Shown here: one piece after another, positions 57,101-64,000 of the stretch | Position numbering within the stretch: position 1 is the first letter of the stretch | Layout of the letters: the number at the start of each line of letters is the position of its first letter | Assembly: GCA_963751455.1 (NCBI GenBank) | Contig: CAVVUN010000001.1 | Span: forward strand, 320,001 to 384,000 | From: Nitrospirota bacterium | GTDB taxonomy: Bacteria > Nitrospirota > UBA9217 | Length of the DNA stretch: 64,000 nt | Direction of reading: 5' to 3' | The notes under the pieces: model-generated | What the model was told of the DNA's origin: nothing | The model's input: the letters and a program-made list of their open reading frames with translations, nothing else | Database searches by the model: none | Translations under genes and position numbers: made by a program

Positions 57101-57275
57101 CGCCCGGAAGCTGCACCATTACGTTGGCGGCCGGCACCACGATTTGCGGGTTCTCCTCGCGCGGAGTCAACCAGAGCGCAAAGAGTCCGAGGATCGCCGT
57201 GGCCGCCATAAGCAGCACGGTAAGCTGCGAATTGATGAAATATTCCGTTATTTTGCCGCTGATATTGAGTTTCAT
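54102..57275 (-). CDS. RND efflux permease
   Basis: TPREENPQI, GLLVDDAIVVVEN, GIVVRNSI and RTRPIVLT; two large periplasmic loops. Confidence 0.94.
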   Translation of the reverse strand: MKLNISGKITEYFINSQLTVLLMAATAILGLFALWLTPREENPQIVVPAANVMVQLPGASAKEVEELVSKRLEAKLWEIPGVEDVYSVSMNSLAVVTVKFLVGQDKERSFVKLYDKLMSNMDFSPPGASQPLVKPIDVDDVPIVAITLSGSAGADYDDSQLRFVADHLLDELRKVPGVGNSLVIGGRSPQVRVTLDPLRMAGYGLSPLQIAGAITVSNANLLSGDLEQGNRKLSLETGGFFEKASDVRNAIVGVSNGKPVYLGDVADVTDGFEETVKLTRISFGDGHSAPAGPDAAAGSTETLQEQPAVTIALAKRQKLNAVKIADQILARLEELKNTRVPPGITVSVTRNDGKAANDAVNELVFHLIVSIVVVIILLFVTLGWREAAIVALAIPLTLFITLAIGMVTGQTINRITLFALILSLGLLVDDAIVVVENIHRHYKLQQHSRLQGAILAVNEIGMPTILATVTVVLAFIPMAFVTGMMGPYMRPIPFNVPVAMITSLFVAFIVTPWASYRLMKADHHDGVNPPSLEETIIYRTYKKILGPLLAVSRRRNMFLGLIAVVFLVTMSFPLFQWVQFRMLPKANKNTFLVSIDMPPGTLIENTDRAARALGAYLHRIPEVKDYETYVGTGSVMDFNGLLRGGAFREESHFADIRVNLVDKEERKQSSEKLVLAMRPDIEGLAREYGANIKLVEDPPGPPVRATVVAEIYGPDYNKQRAIAQEIKALFARTDQVVDIDDSVKENQDKYRLLVDKDKAALAGVSTEQIVQTLRLSLTGMAVSTLHRPGAKNPVSIMLRLPKGQRSVLSDMDKVYVSGAQGSQVPLSSLVKVVPSEMDKALYHKNLEPVTYVYGEMGARSQVYAVIDMMTYLRKHPLPEGYRIKWDGEMKLTLDVFRDLGAAMGVALIAIYLLLVGRFRSFTIPLIIMASIPLSMIGIMPGFAMTGVYFSATSMIGVIALAGIVVRNSIVLLEFILDKKQEGMQLEQALIEAGAIRTRPIVLTAAAAILGSAVIVSDPVWSGLAMALIFGMLASTALTLIVIPVFYYMIEKKHWEQA

Positions 57276-57300
57276 GAATTAGACCTAATGAACTATATTG

Positions 57301-57379
57301 GGACACGGATTTTCGCGGATTTTACGAATTTAAATATTGTTCTGGTATAAATCCGTAATTTCCGTCTTTATCCGTGTCC
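57301..57379. repeat. CRCRRAK palindrome between the MFP and RND genes
   Basis: GGACACGGATTTTCGCGGATTTTACGAAT ... ATCCGTAATTTCCGTCTTTATCCGTGTCC. Confidence 0.85.
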
Positions 57380-57398
57380 AAAATGATTTTGATTCAGT

Positions 57399-58484
57399 TT
57401 ACTTCTGCGCTACCACGACCTTCTTTCCGTCGATCCTCGTGTCCTGCTTGCTGACAATCACCCTGTCGCCGGCTTTCAGGCCGGTTATGGCCTCAACGTC
57501 GCTGCCCTGATCGTCTCCCAGTTGGACCATCTGGAACACGGCGCTTCCGTCAGGAGAAATGCGGTACACGCCGGTGAGACCCGCCATTTCGATCACCGCT
57601 GAGCGCGGTACCATAATCGCTTCACGCCTGCCGATGCTGAACAAGGCCCTGCCGTACATGCCGGTAATGAGGTTTCTGTTCTCCGGGATATCGATCTTTA
57701 CAATAAAGGAGTGCGTCCTTATATCGGCTGCAGGAACGATCTGCGCCACCTTGCCCCTGAGCTCCCTGCCCGGCAATGCGTCGATCAGGACTGCAACGGC
57801 CTGCCCCGGCCTGATGGACAGGATATCCTGCTCCTGCAGCGTTACCTCGAGCCGGAGATTCCTGTTGTCCTCGATCTTGAGCAGGGGCTGCCCCGGCATC
57901 GCCATTTCGCCGGGATTGATGTGCTTTTCCATGATCTGCCCTGATATCGGGGCGGTGATCGTAGTGTAGCTTTCCATGGCCCTTGCCGCGTTCAAGCCCG
58001 CTGTTGCGGATTCAAACCCGAGCATGGCCTGATCCATCTCCATCTTGGTCGCGGCATCCTCGTCAAAGAGGCTTTTAATCCGATCATGATGGAGCTTTGC
58101 GTTGTTGTAAGCTGCCTGGGCCTGGTATGCCTGCGCTCTGATTTCTCCGCTGTCTATCTTGACCAGAAGGCTGCCTTGGGAAACATGGTCTCCTTCGTTT
58201 ACCGTCACCTCTACTCTGCCCATCACCTTGCTCGAAATAACAGAAATGTTCCTGGAGTTGAGCGTTCCGGCAGCTGACACTATCGAATCAACAGTTCTTG
58301 GTTGAATCGTTGCGGCGGAGACCTCGAGCGGCAGCTCCGGCCTTGTCACGCCCGGCTCATGGGAGGTTTTCCCGAAGGTCATGCTGGAAAAGCCCGCTGC
58401 CGTGACCACAGCTATGATCAATACGCCATACATCCTCTTTTTATCAACTGTCTTTATCATTTCTTTTACAACCCGAATGTCCAT
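57399..58484 (-). CDS. RND periplasmic adaptor (membrane fusion protein)
   Basis: V.EGD.V..G..L, I.API.G, G+V..I.P..D, GMYGR and GLKAGD.V. Confidence 0.92.
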   Translation of the reverse strand: MDIRVVKEMIKTVDKKRMYGVLIIAVVTAAGFSSMTFGKTSHEPGVTRPELPLEVSAATIQPRTVDSIVSAAGTLNSRNISVISSKVMGRVEVTVNEGDHVSQGSLLVKIDSGEIRAQAYQAQAAYNNAKLHHDRIKSLFDEDAATKMEMDQAMLGFESATAGLNAARAMESYTTITAPISGQIMEKHINPGEMAMPGQPLLKIEDNRNLRLEVTLQEQDILSIRPGQAVAVLIDALPGRELRGKVAQIVPAADIRTHSFIVKIDIPENRNLITGMYGRALFSIGRREAIMVPRSAVIEMAGLTGVYRISPDGSAVFQMVQLGDDQGSDVEAITGLKAGDRVIVSKQDTRIDGKKVVVAQK

Positions 58485-58535
58485 GATATCCTCCACTGCT
58501 CTTTTATTCCGCATTCTTTTTTTCGAACTTCTTAC

Positions 58536-59882
58536 TCACAGATTTCCCGTTGCCAGCTTCAGCTCAGCCTCAGCGATATTATTATCATAAAGCGCTTGAA
58601 GCGCACTGGTCCTTGCGCGAATAAGCGAGCTCTCTGCACCGAGCACATCCACGAAGGTGGTCATTCCCGTCTCGTAGCGTTTCTGCACGATCCTCAGGCC
58701 TTCTTCCGCTTCATGCACTGATGACGCTGTTGCTGCTATACGGTCCGCAGATGCGCTGAAATTATAATAGGCCTGTCGGACCTCAAGCTGGACCGCCTCA
58801 CGGAACTGTTCCTCAAGAGAGCGCATCCGGCTGCCCGCTGCATGGGCCTCTTTTATCTTCGACCGTGTTACAAGCCCGTCGAAAAGATTCCACTGAAGCA
58901 CCGCCATAACCGCCCAGCTCCTGGCGTCGTCCCCTGCAGCGCGGTCGCTGTTCCAGTCTACCTGGCCGATGAGGTTCAGTTTCGGCAGATAATCCGTCCT
59001 GGCCATATCGACGGATTTATCCGCGTTCCTGCGGTTCAGGTCCATGGCGAGCAGGTCCGGACGTTTAACGGCTGCCTCATGCAGCGCGGCATTGAGCTCG
59101 CTGTTAATTTCCTGCGGGATGAGCGAGCCCGTTATCTCATACTCGGTCTCCTGCGCAATTCCCATAGCGAAATTAAGCGAGGCAGCCGACAGCCTCACGC
59201 CGTTTTCTGAACGGGTGACCATCTCTTTCACTTCGGCATGCTGCACCTTTGCCCTCAGGACATCCGACTGCAGTACGGCGCCCGCCCTGTTTCGCAGCTC
59301 GGCCAGTTTGAGGGTTTCGGCGCTCGTTTTGAGCGATTGCAATGCTACCGTATTGTGCGCTCGTGCGAGCAGCAGCCCATAGTAGGCCTTGATAACGTTA
59401 TAGACTGTTTCCTGTCTTGTCCTGTCACGCTGCAGGACAGATGCCTCCTGGCCCAGTTTCGCCTGGGATCTGCCGATATATTCTCTTCCGCCGTTAAACA
59501 GCGGCTGCGTAACGGAGAGCCTCGTATTGTAGTTCGAAATCGCATCCGGGTTGTTCATGTTCGGCGGATTGAAATCGGACTGGCTTACGATCTCCCTGTT
59601 CAGCCTGGTGCCCAGCACCATCAGGGGATTGTCCGTCCTGCTCCAGGTCTCGGATAGGTTCACCTTCGGCAGAAACCCGGAGGCCGATCCCAGCACGTTC
59701 GCGTCAGCGGCTTCAATCCGGGCATCGGCCGCTTTGATTCCCGGATTGCTGCTCAGCGCCGTTTCGACGGCCTGTTCGAGTGTAAGTTGCTCGGCGGCAT
59801 AGCTTACGGATGCCGCTACTAACGTCAACAACACCAGCAGAAGGGCCATCACTGCTCCGATGATGATTTTACATGTCGTCAT
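58536..59882 (-). CDS. TolC-family outer-membrane efflux protein
   Basis: LTLEQAVETAL..NP, QPLFNGG, WNLFDG, V.QAYY and RYETG....DVL.AE. Confidence 0.92.
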   Translation of the reverse strand: MTTCKIIIGAVMALLLVLLTLVAASVSYAAEQLTLEQAVETALSSNPGIKAADARIEAADANVLGSASGFLPKVNLSETWSRTDNPLMVLGTRLNREIVSQSDFNPPNMNNPDAISNYNTRLSVTQPLFNGGREYIGRSQAKLGQEASVLQRDRTRQETVYNVIKAYYGLLLARAHNTVALQSLKTSAETLKLAELRNRAGAVLQSDVLRAKVQHAEVKEMVTRSENGVRLSAASLNFAMGIAQETEYEITGSLIPQEINSELNAALHEAAVKRPDLLAMDLNRRNADKSVDMARTDYLPKLNLIGQVDWNSDRAAGDDARSWAVMAVLQWNLFDGLVTRSKIKEAHAAGSRMRSLEEQFREAVQLEVRQAYYNFSASADRIAATASSVHEAEEGLRIVQKRYETGMTTFVDVLGAESSLIRARTSALQALYDNNIAEAELKLATGNL

Positions 59883-59884
59883 GT

Positions 59885-60220
59885 TTACGCCTTCGATATT
59901 GCCGCATGCCCGGCCATGTTCCATAGGACTATACCGCCTTCAAGATTTTTTACACTGTACCCAAGGCCCCCCAGGTAGGAGCAGGCATAGGCACTCCGAT
60001 TGCCGATCCGGCAGTACACCACGATCTCGCTGTCCCGGGGCAATTCCTTAAACCGGTGCGGCAGTTCCTGAAGCGGAACAAGATAGGAACCATCTATGGC
60101 CTGCTCGGCGTTCTCCTGCGGGGTCCTCACATCGAGCAGCAGAAACTGCTTTCCGGACAGCCTCATCTCGTGCAGTTCATCAGGTCCAATATTTTTGCAT
60201 TGATAATTATTGAAAAACAT
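59885..60220 (-). CDS. Single-domain rhodanese (sulfurtransferase)
   Basis: LLDVRT..E, active-site loop CRIGNRS and NLEGGI..W. Confidence 0.9.
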   Translation of the reverse strand: MFFNNYQCKNIGPDELHEMRLSGKQFLLLDVRTPQENAEQAIDGSYLVPLQELPHRFKELPRDSEIVVYCRIGNRSAYACSYLGGLGYSVKNLEGGIVLWNMAGHAAISKA

Positions 60221-60320
60221 AGCGCTTCTCCTCTTCACAAAGCCGGAACAATGGACACTGTCACTACACGGGGGATAAGATGGAATGACAGTGCCATTGT
60301 TCGCGCTTGCTCTTCACTAT

Positions 60321-60444
60321 ATCAATTGACATGCCAAAATATAAGCTTCTGATTTAGTTGGGATTTGAATTCAGGCAAGCAAATAATTTATCAAAATAAG
60401 CGGTAATCTTTGTCGAGTGTTTTCTTATTTCGACATTTATGTCG
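60321..60444 (-). promoter_or_regulatory. Putative sigma54 promoter with IHF site and upstream activator palindrome
   Basis: TTGGCATGTCAATTGAT (GG-N10-GA, 60321-60337); AATCAG-N4-TTA (60342-60354); CGACA-TTTA-TGTCG (60431-60444). Confidence 0.55.
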
Positions 60445-60577
60445 GACCACGAACATTGATTGTAATGATGAGAGTCAGGTATGGAGGAACTTCTGGCCTT
60501 CCTTCTTTACGGACTTAACAGGCGGGTAGCCTCAGGGAGAAGCAGAGCGGAATAATTATATGGATAATTCTATCGAA

Positions 60578-60655
60578 TAAAAAAAACCCTCACGCCTTCG
60601 CTTGCACCCGGCGTTTACGAAAGCTCAGCGCGAGTGCAGGGTGTGAGGGTTTTTT
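60578..60655 (-). terminator. Terminator hairpin with a 43-bp element (60601-60643) in its loop
   Basis: AAAAAACCCTCAC-[insert]-GTGAGGGTTTTTT; compare the uninterrupted paralogous hairpin at 61261. Confidence 0.75.
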
Positions 60656-60672
60656 CGTGGATAAAAGCATGC

Positions 60673-60987
60673 TTACTTCTTATGGCATTTCGCGCAGCTG
60701 TCTGCTTCCTTGACACCGAACGCCTTGGTGCCGTTGTGGCAGGTGCCGCACTGTTTCCCTTCCTGCATTTCCTTCATGGTCATCTTGGCAGTACCTTTTT
60801 TCATTTTGAACACGGCTGGATGGCAGTCGTTGCATTTGTTGACTTTGTGCTTGTCCCCGTCGAATACGACTTTGCCTGCGCCGCCGCCTTCAAATTCCAG
60901 CTTCTTTCCGGGCCCGACAGCAAATGCTGAAGCTGTAAATGCCAATGTTACCATTACAACCAATACAAGAGCGATTAGCTTTCTCAT
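60673..60987 (-). CDS. Periplasmic c7-type triheme cytochrome
   Basis: Signal peptide; CNDCH, CGTCH and CAKCH; F.G..H and TM..M..GK.CG.CHNG..AF. Confidence 0.9.
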   Translation of the reverse strand: MRKLIALVLVVMVTLAFTASAFAVGPGKKLEFEGGGAGKVVFDGDKHKVNKCNDCHPAVFKMKKGTAKMTMKEMQEGKQCGTCHNGTKAFGVKEADSCAKCHKK

Positions 60988-61260
60988 TGTATCACCTCCT
61001 TTCATCTCCGTCTGGTGTTATGCTGAACTTCTCTCATTTGTATAATCGGGAAATAATAAGCGGGAGCGAAATTATTCATACTCACATAAGTCGCGGTCGC
61101 ATGAGGCATATATTCGGACAGGGATTGCATGGAAAACTATTACTAGATTAATAGAAAACAATCTGGCTGTCAAGAAATCAAGAAGGGAAATGATAGTTTG
61201 AAGGAGGAGCAGCTTCGTTTTTTTGCAATTTACGGCGGAATGTTGCTGTTTTTTTCAGAT

Positions 61261-61290
61261 AAAAAAAGCCCTCACGTTTTCCGTGAGGGC
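61261..61290 (-). terminator. Intrinsic terminator
   Basis: GCCCTCACG-GAAAA-CGTGAGGGC-TTTTTTT on the minus strand. Confidence 0.8.
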
Positions 61291-61313
61291 TGTGCTGCTG
61301 GATAATGACAAAC

Positions 61314-61637
61314 TTATTTCTTGTGGCACTTTGCGCACGAGGCTGCGTCTTTGACTCCAAAAGCCTTGGTGCCGTTATGGCAGCCGCCGCAGTTCTTGCC
61401 GGCCTCCATGTCTTTCATGGTCATGACCGCATCGCCTTTTTTCATCTTGAAGAGGCCGGACTGGTGGCAATCAGCGCACTTGTTGCCTTTATCTGCGTGG
61501 ACTTTGCCGTCGAAGATCACCTTGCCGGCGCCCTTGCCGTCAAACTCGAGAGTCTTGCCCGCCGGAACAGCGAAAGCCGAAGCGGAAAGAACGAACGATA
61601 CAACGAGCACGATCGCTACAACTAATAATTTTTTCAT
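61314..61637 (-). CDS. Periplasmic c7-type triheme cytochrome (tandem paralog)
   Basis: Signal peptide; CADCH, CGGCH and CAKCH. Confidence 0.9.
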   Translation of the reverse strand: MKKLLVVAIVLVVSFVLSASAFAVPAGKTLEFDGKGAGKVIFDGKVHADKGNKCADCHQSGLFKMKKGDAVMTMKDMEAGKNCGGCHNGTKAFGVKDAASCAKCHKK

Positions 61638-61721
61638 GAGATTCACCTCCTTTCATTACTCAATTGGATACGCCGTACCGGATAATAATTATGGGTATAA
61701 ATCTCCGTTACGGAAACACGC

Positions 61722-62735
61722 TTACATGAAATTCTTCGGGCTCCTGTACTCATGACAGGAGACACAGTCTTTCCTGGCGGAAGCCTCCGTGACTTTCCAG
61801 ATATGCGGCTTATGGCAATCCTTGCACTGCATGTCCATGCCGAGATGAACCTTGTGCTTCCCGATTTTCGGGGTGCCCGTATGACACCTCAGGCAATCCA
61901 TATTCTTCGGCTTTACCTTGCCCGCGGTATGCGGTTTATGGCACTCATAACAATAGAACTGCATGGGGGCGTTGTCGGGAATCTCGATCTTAACCGCTTT
62001 CTTCACGGTTGATGAATTCGGCGCGAAGAACCGGACATCCATCGTACCGTCGGCAATCAGCTCCTTGCGGACATTTTCGTCTTTGCTGTGGCAGAAGAGA
62101 CATTTTTTCCGCCCGGGCTTGAGATCTTTCGTCCTGTCGGTGTGGCAGTTGATGCAGGCCAGTCCGCCCATGCCTTCGCCGTGCACCTGCCTGTCCTTAT
62201 GGCACTTGGTGCAGAACTTTTCCGTCGGCAGGAAATGGTGAAGACCGCTCTTGTCGGGTTTTACTTCTCCGTGGCACTGAGTGCATTCGATCTGCTCCAT
62301 GTACACATGTTTCGCATGGAACAACGATTTATTGATCGGCTTGGCCTTGCCCTCGGTATGGCAATGATTGCAGTGTTTCTGGCTCACGATGACTTTATCT
62401 TTATGCCGCTCGGGCACCTTTGTGGGCCGGTGCAGGACAAAGCTGATGAGAAGCTGGTTTTGCTCGGGTATCGTGAGATGGTGACAGTCATGGCAGTTAA
62501 GCGATTTGTGCTCGCTCTGCGCCCAGGTGTCATAGGCCGGCTGCATCAGGTGACAGCCTACGCAGAATTTCGGATTGTTCTGAGTGAAATCATAAAACTT
62601 GTAGGATATAAAACCGCCGCCGCCCACAATGATGAGTAAAAGTGCTGTGATCAACAGTTTGGCCTTTAAGGAAATCGGTTCCTTCAGTCTGTTTTTGACC
62701 ACTTCAATCTGATCTTTTAACCAACCCAATGCCAT
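61722..62735 (-). CDS. Membrane-anchored 11-heme c-type cytochrome with NapC/NirT-like N-terminus
   Basis: One TM, then P.FCVGCH.M...Y..W..S.H....CHDCH; 11 CxxCH motifs counted. Confidence 0.9.
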   Translation of the reverse strand: MALGWLKDQIEVVKNRLKEPISLKAKLLITALLLIIVGGGGFISYKFYDFTQNNPKFCVGCHLMQPAYDTWAQSEHKSLNCHDCHHLTIPEQNQLLISFVLHRPTKVPERHKDKVIVSQKHCNHCHTEGKAKPINKSLFHAKHVYMEQIECTQCHGEVKPDKSGLHHFLPTEKFCTKCHKDRQVHGEGMGGLACINCHTDRTKDLKPGRKKCLFCHSKDENVRKELIADGTMDVRFFAPNSSTVKKAVKIEIPDNAPMQFYCYECHKPHTAGKVKPKNMDCLRCHTGTPKIGKHKVHLGMDMQCKDCHKPHIWKVTEASARKDCVSCHEYRSPKNFM

Positions 62736-62781
62736 AATTTCCCCTCCCAGATAGTAGCAGAAAATACACAAAGACTTGGTG

Positions 62782-62810
62782 TTTATAGCACAGGCGAGCA
62801 AACATGTCAA
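62782..62810 (-). promoter_or_regulatory. Sigma70 promoter for the cytochrome genes
   Basis: TTGACA-N17-TATAAA with TGn extension. Confidence 0.7.
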
Positions 62811-63118
62811 TAGGCATGATGGTGGTATATCGGACGTTCTAACTAATTAAAAATAATCAGAATATTCTGAAAAAAATATCGGAAACTTAAAGGTCCCTGC
62901 ATAGCTATGAATAAAGTCGTAAAATGATTGATTACTGATTAGGTCGAACGGTCCGAATCAGGAAAACACGCGCAGATGATTTTCATAAATCATAAGACCT
63001 TTACAAGAGAACGGAAAATAAAATTTAGAACTGAGACCAAAGGATTTTGAATTCACGCTTCATCATTTGATGCAATGCCGCTTAAAATATTTTAAAAGAC
63101 CAAAGACAAAATCAATTT

Positions 63119-63214
63119 TCTCGCAAAGGCGCAGAGTTCGCAAAGAAAGGCAATTCATTTGGGTTTAAACCCTGATTTAAGGATTCCCTTTGCGTCCTTT
63201 GCGCCTCTGCGAGA
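63119..63214. repeat. CRCRRAK palindrome
   Basis: TCTCGCAAAGGCGCAGAGTTCGCAAAG ... CTTTGCGTCCTTTGCGCCTCTGCGAGA; centre GGGTTTAAACCC. Confidence 0.88.
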
Positions 63215-63338
63215 GATGACTTTGATGTTGGTGTTGCTTCGTCAGGCTGAGACAATGCCCTCTTAAAATATTTTATGTGTTAAGTCAATGTCAAAATCAA
63301 AACCCATTACCCTCTGTGTCAATATAAGTGAGACACCT

Positions 63339-63442
63339 CCCGTATGGGACCGGAAGAGTACGACAATGAGTCTGAGGGTTCTCGCTTGCTAGCGAGATGG
63401 TACGACAATGTGTTTAGTTAGTAGTAACACGTATCCAGGGTG
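63339..63442. repeat. Two hairpin-GTACGACAATG units
   Basis: GTACGACAATG at 63358 and 63400; AGCGAGATGGTACGACAATG is shared with 53992-54011. Confidence 0.75.
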
Positions 63443-63626
63443 CGGCTTCGTGTAAGACCTTTTGATTATGAAACCGCAAGAAAATCTCACTAAGACTATC
63501 CTCTCAAATTGCAAACAATCAGTTTATTATAACTGCAACTTTATGCTACGTTTTATATTGACAAGCCTTTATGCGCAGAGTTAGATAATCAGCGAGCGCT
63601 GTTTCAAAGAGCATGAAGGAGGGAAG

Positions 63627-64000
63627 ATGAAGAGACGTAACTTCCTCGGAGTCATCTTGGGATCTCTCGGGTCAATCACATTCGCATCGTTTGGTTATTC
63701 GCTGTTCAGACTTCTTACCTCGGCACCCGCCAAGGCAGTCGAATCAAAAGAAGTAATCATTGCGAAAGTTGATGTCCCCTACGGAGGGAGCAAGAACATC
63801 ACGTTTGGAGACATTCCGGTCGTGGTCATCAACCGGCCTGAAAAAGGATACATCGCTTTTTCACGCACCTGCACCCATTTCGGCTGTCTCGTCGATTTCA
63901 ACAAGGACCGTCAAAAGATCATCTGCCCCTGCCACGCCGGCACCTATGATCTCGACGGAACCGTATTATCGGGTCCGCCGCCCAAACCGCTGACGCGCAT
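63627..64000 (+). CDS. Rieske [2Fe-2S] protein with Tat signal, 3' end outside window (absent from the ORF track)
   Basis: Manual translation: MKRRNFLG...CTHFGC...CPCHAG.YD.DG.V.SGPPPKPL; AGGAGG SD. Confidence 0.92.
   Translation, partial: MKRRNFLGVILGSLGSITFASFGYSLFRLLTSAPAKAVESKEVIIAKVDVPYGGSKNITFGDIPVVVINRPEKGYIAFSRTCTHFGCLVDFNKDRQKIICPCHAGTYDLDGTVLSGPPPKPLTR

Noticed and set aside
63760-63993. 77-aa ORF from the ORF track
   Set aside because: It is an alternative frame overlapping the Rieske gene that starts at 63627.
1-64000. Selenoprotein genes with an in-frame UGA near selA/selB/selC
   Set aside because: The TGA-ending ORFs I checked (radical SAM, crotonase, Kef N-half) hit another stop within a few codons or continue in a different frame. 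No convincing read-through was seen; the check was not exhaustive.

Overview
Bacterial chromosomal window; gene content suggests an anaerobe of the Nitrospirota (Thermodesulfovibrionia-like) or Desulfobacterota type (inference only). 1-16.8 kb: a visibly AT-richer surface or protein glycosylation locus (GT4, DegT aminotransferase, radical SAM, methyltransferases, two TMTC-like GT-C/TPR proteins, two more GT-C-like proteins, GT2, GtrA-GT2). 17-25.7 kb: a cation-transport cluster (NapA-, NhaD/ArsB- and NhaP-type transporters) with a candidate Na+ (DUF1646-type) riboswitch, plus a TauE/DUF1634 pair. 26-43 kb: two paralogous outer-membrane proteins, glnE, rnr, selA-selB, a PPDK regulator and ilvA. 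43-52.5 kb: a complete IS with terminal inverted repeats (TIRs) and a 6-bp target-site duplication (TSD), a frameshifted Kef-type antiporter, tRNA-Sec, an AAA/DUF4143 ATPase and an orphan NtrC-type activator. 52.7-60.2 kb: a probable sigma54-driven rhodanese-TolC-MFP-RND-crotonase-DUF2892 operon. 60.7-64 kb: two c7-type and one 11-heme cytochrome, divergent from a Rieske gene cut by the window end. The most unusual layer is non-coding: about ten intergenic palindromes built of covarying CRCRRAK units (some inside IS-like TIRs), heptamer palindromes (some in frame inside a gene), and a 44-bp element that appears to insert into other hairpins. Several genes look leaderless. All family assignments come from motif recognition by eye, not database searches.
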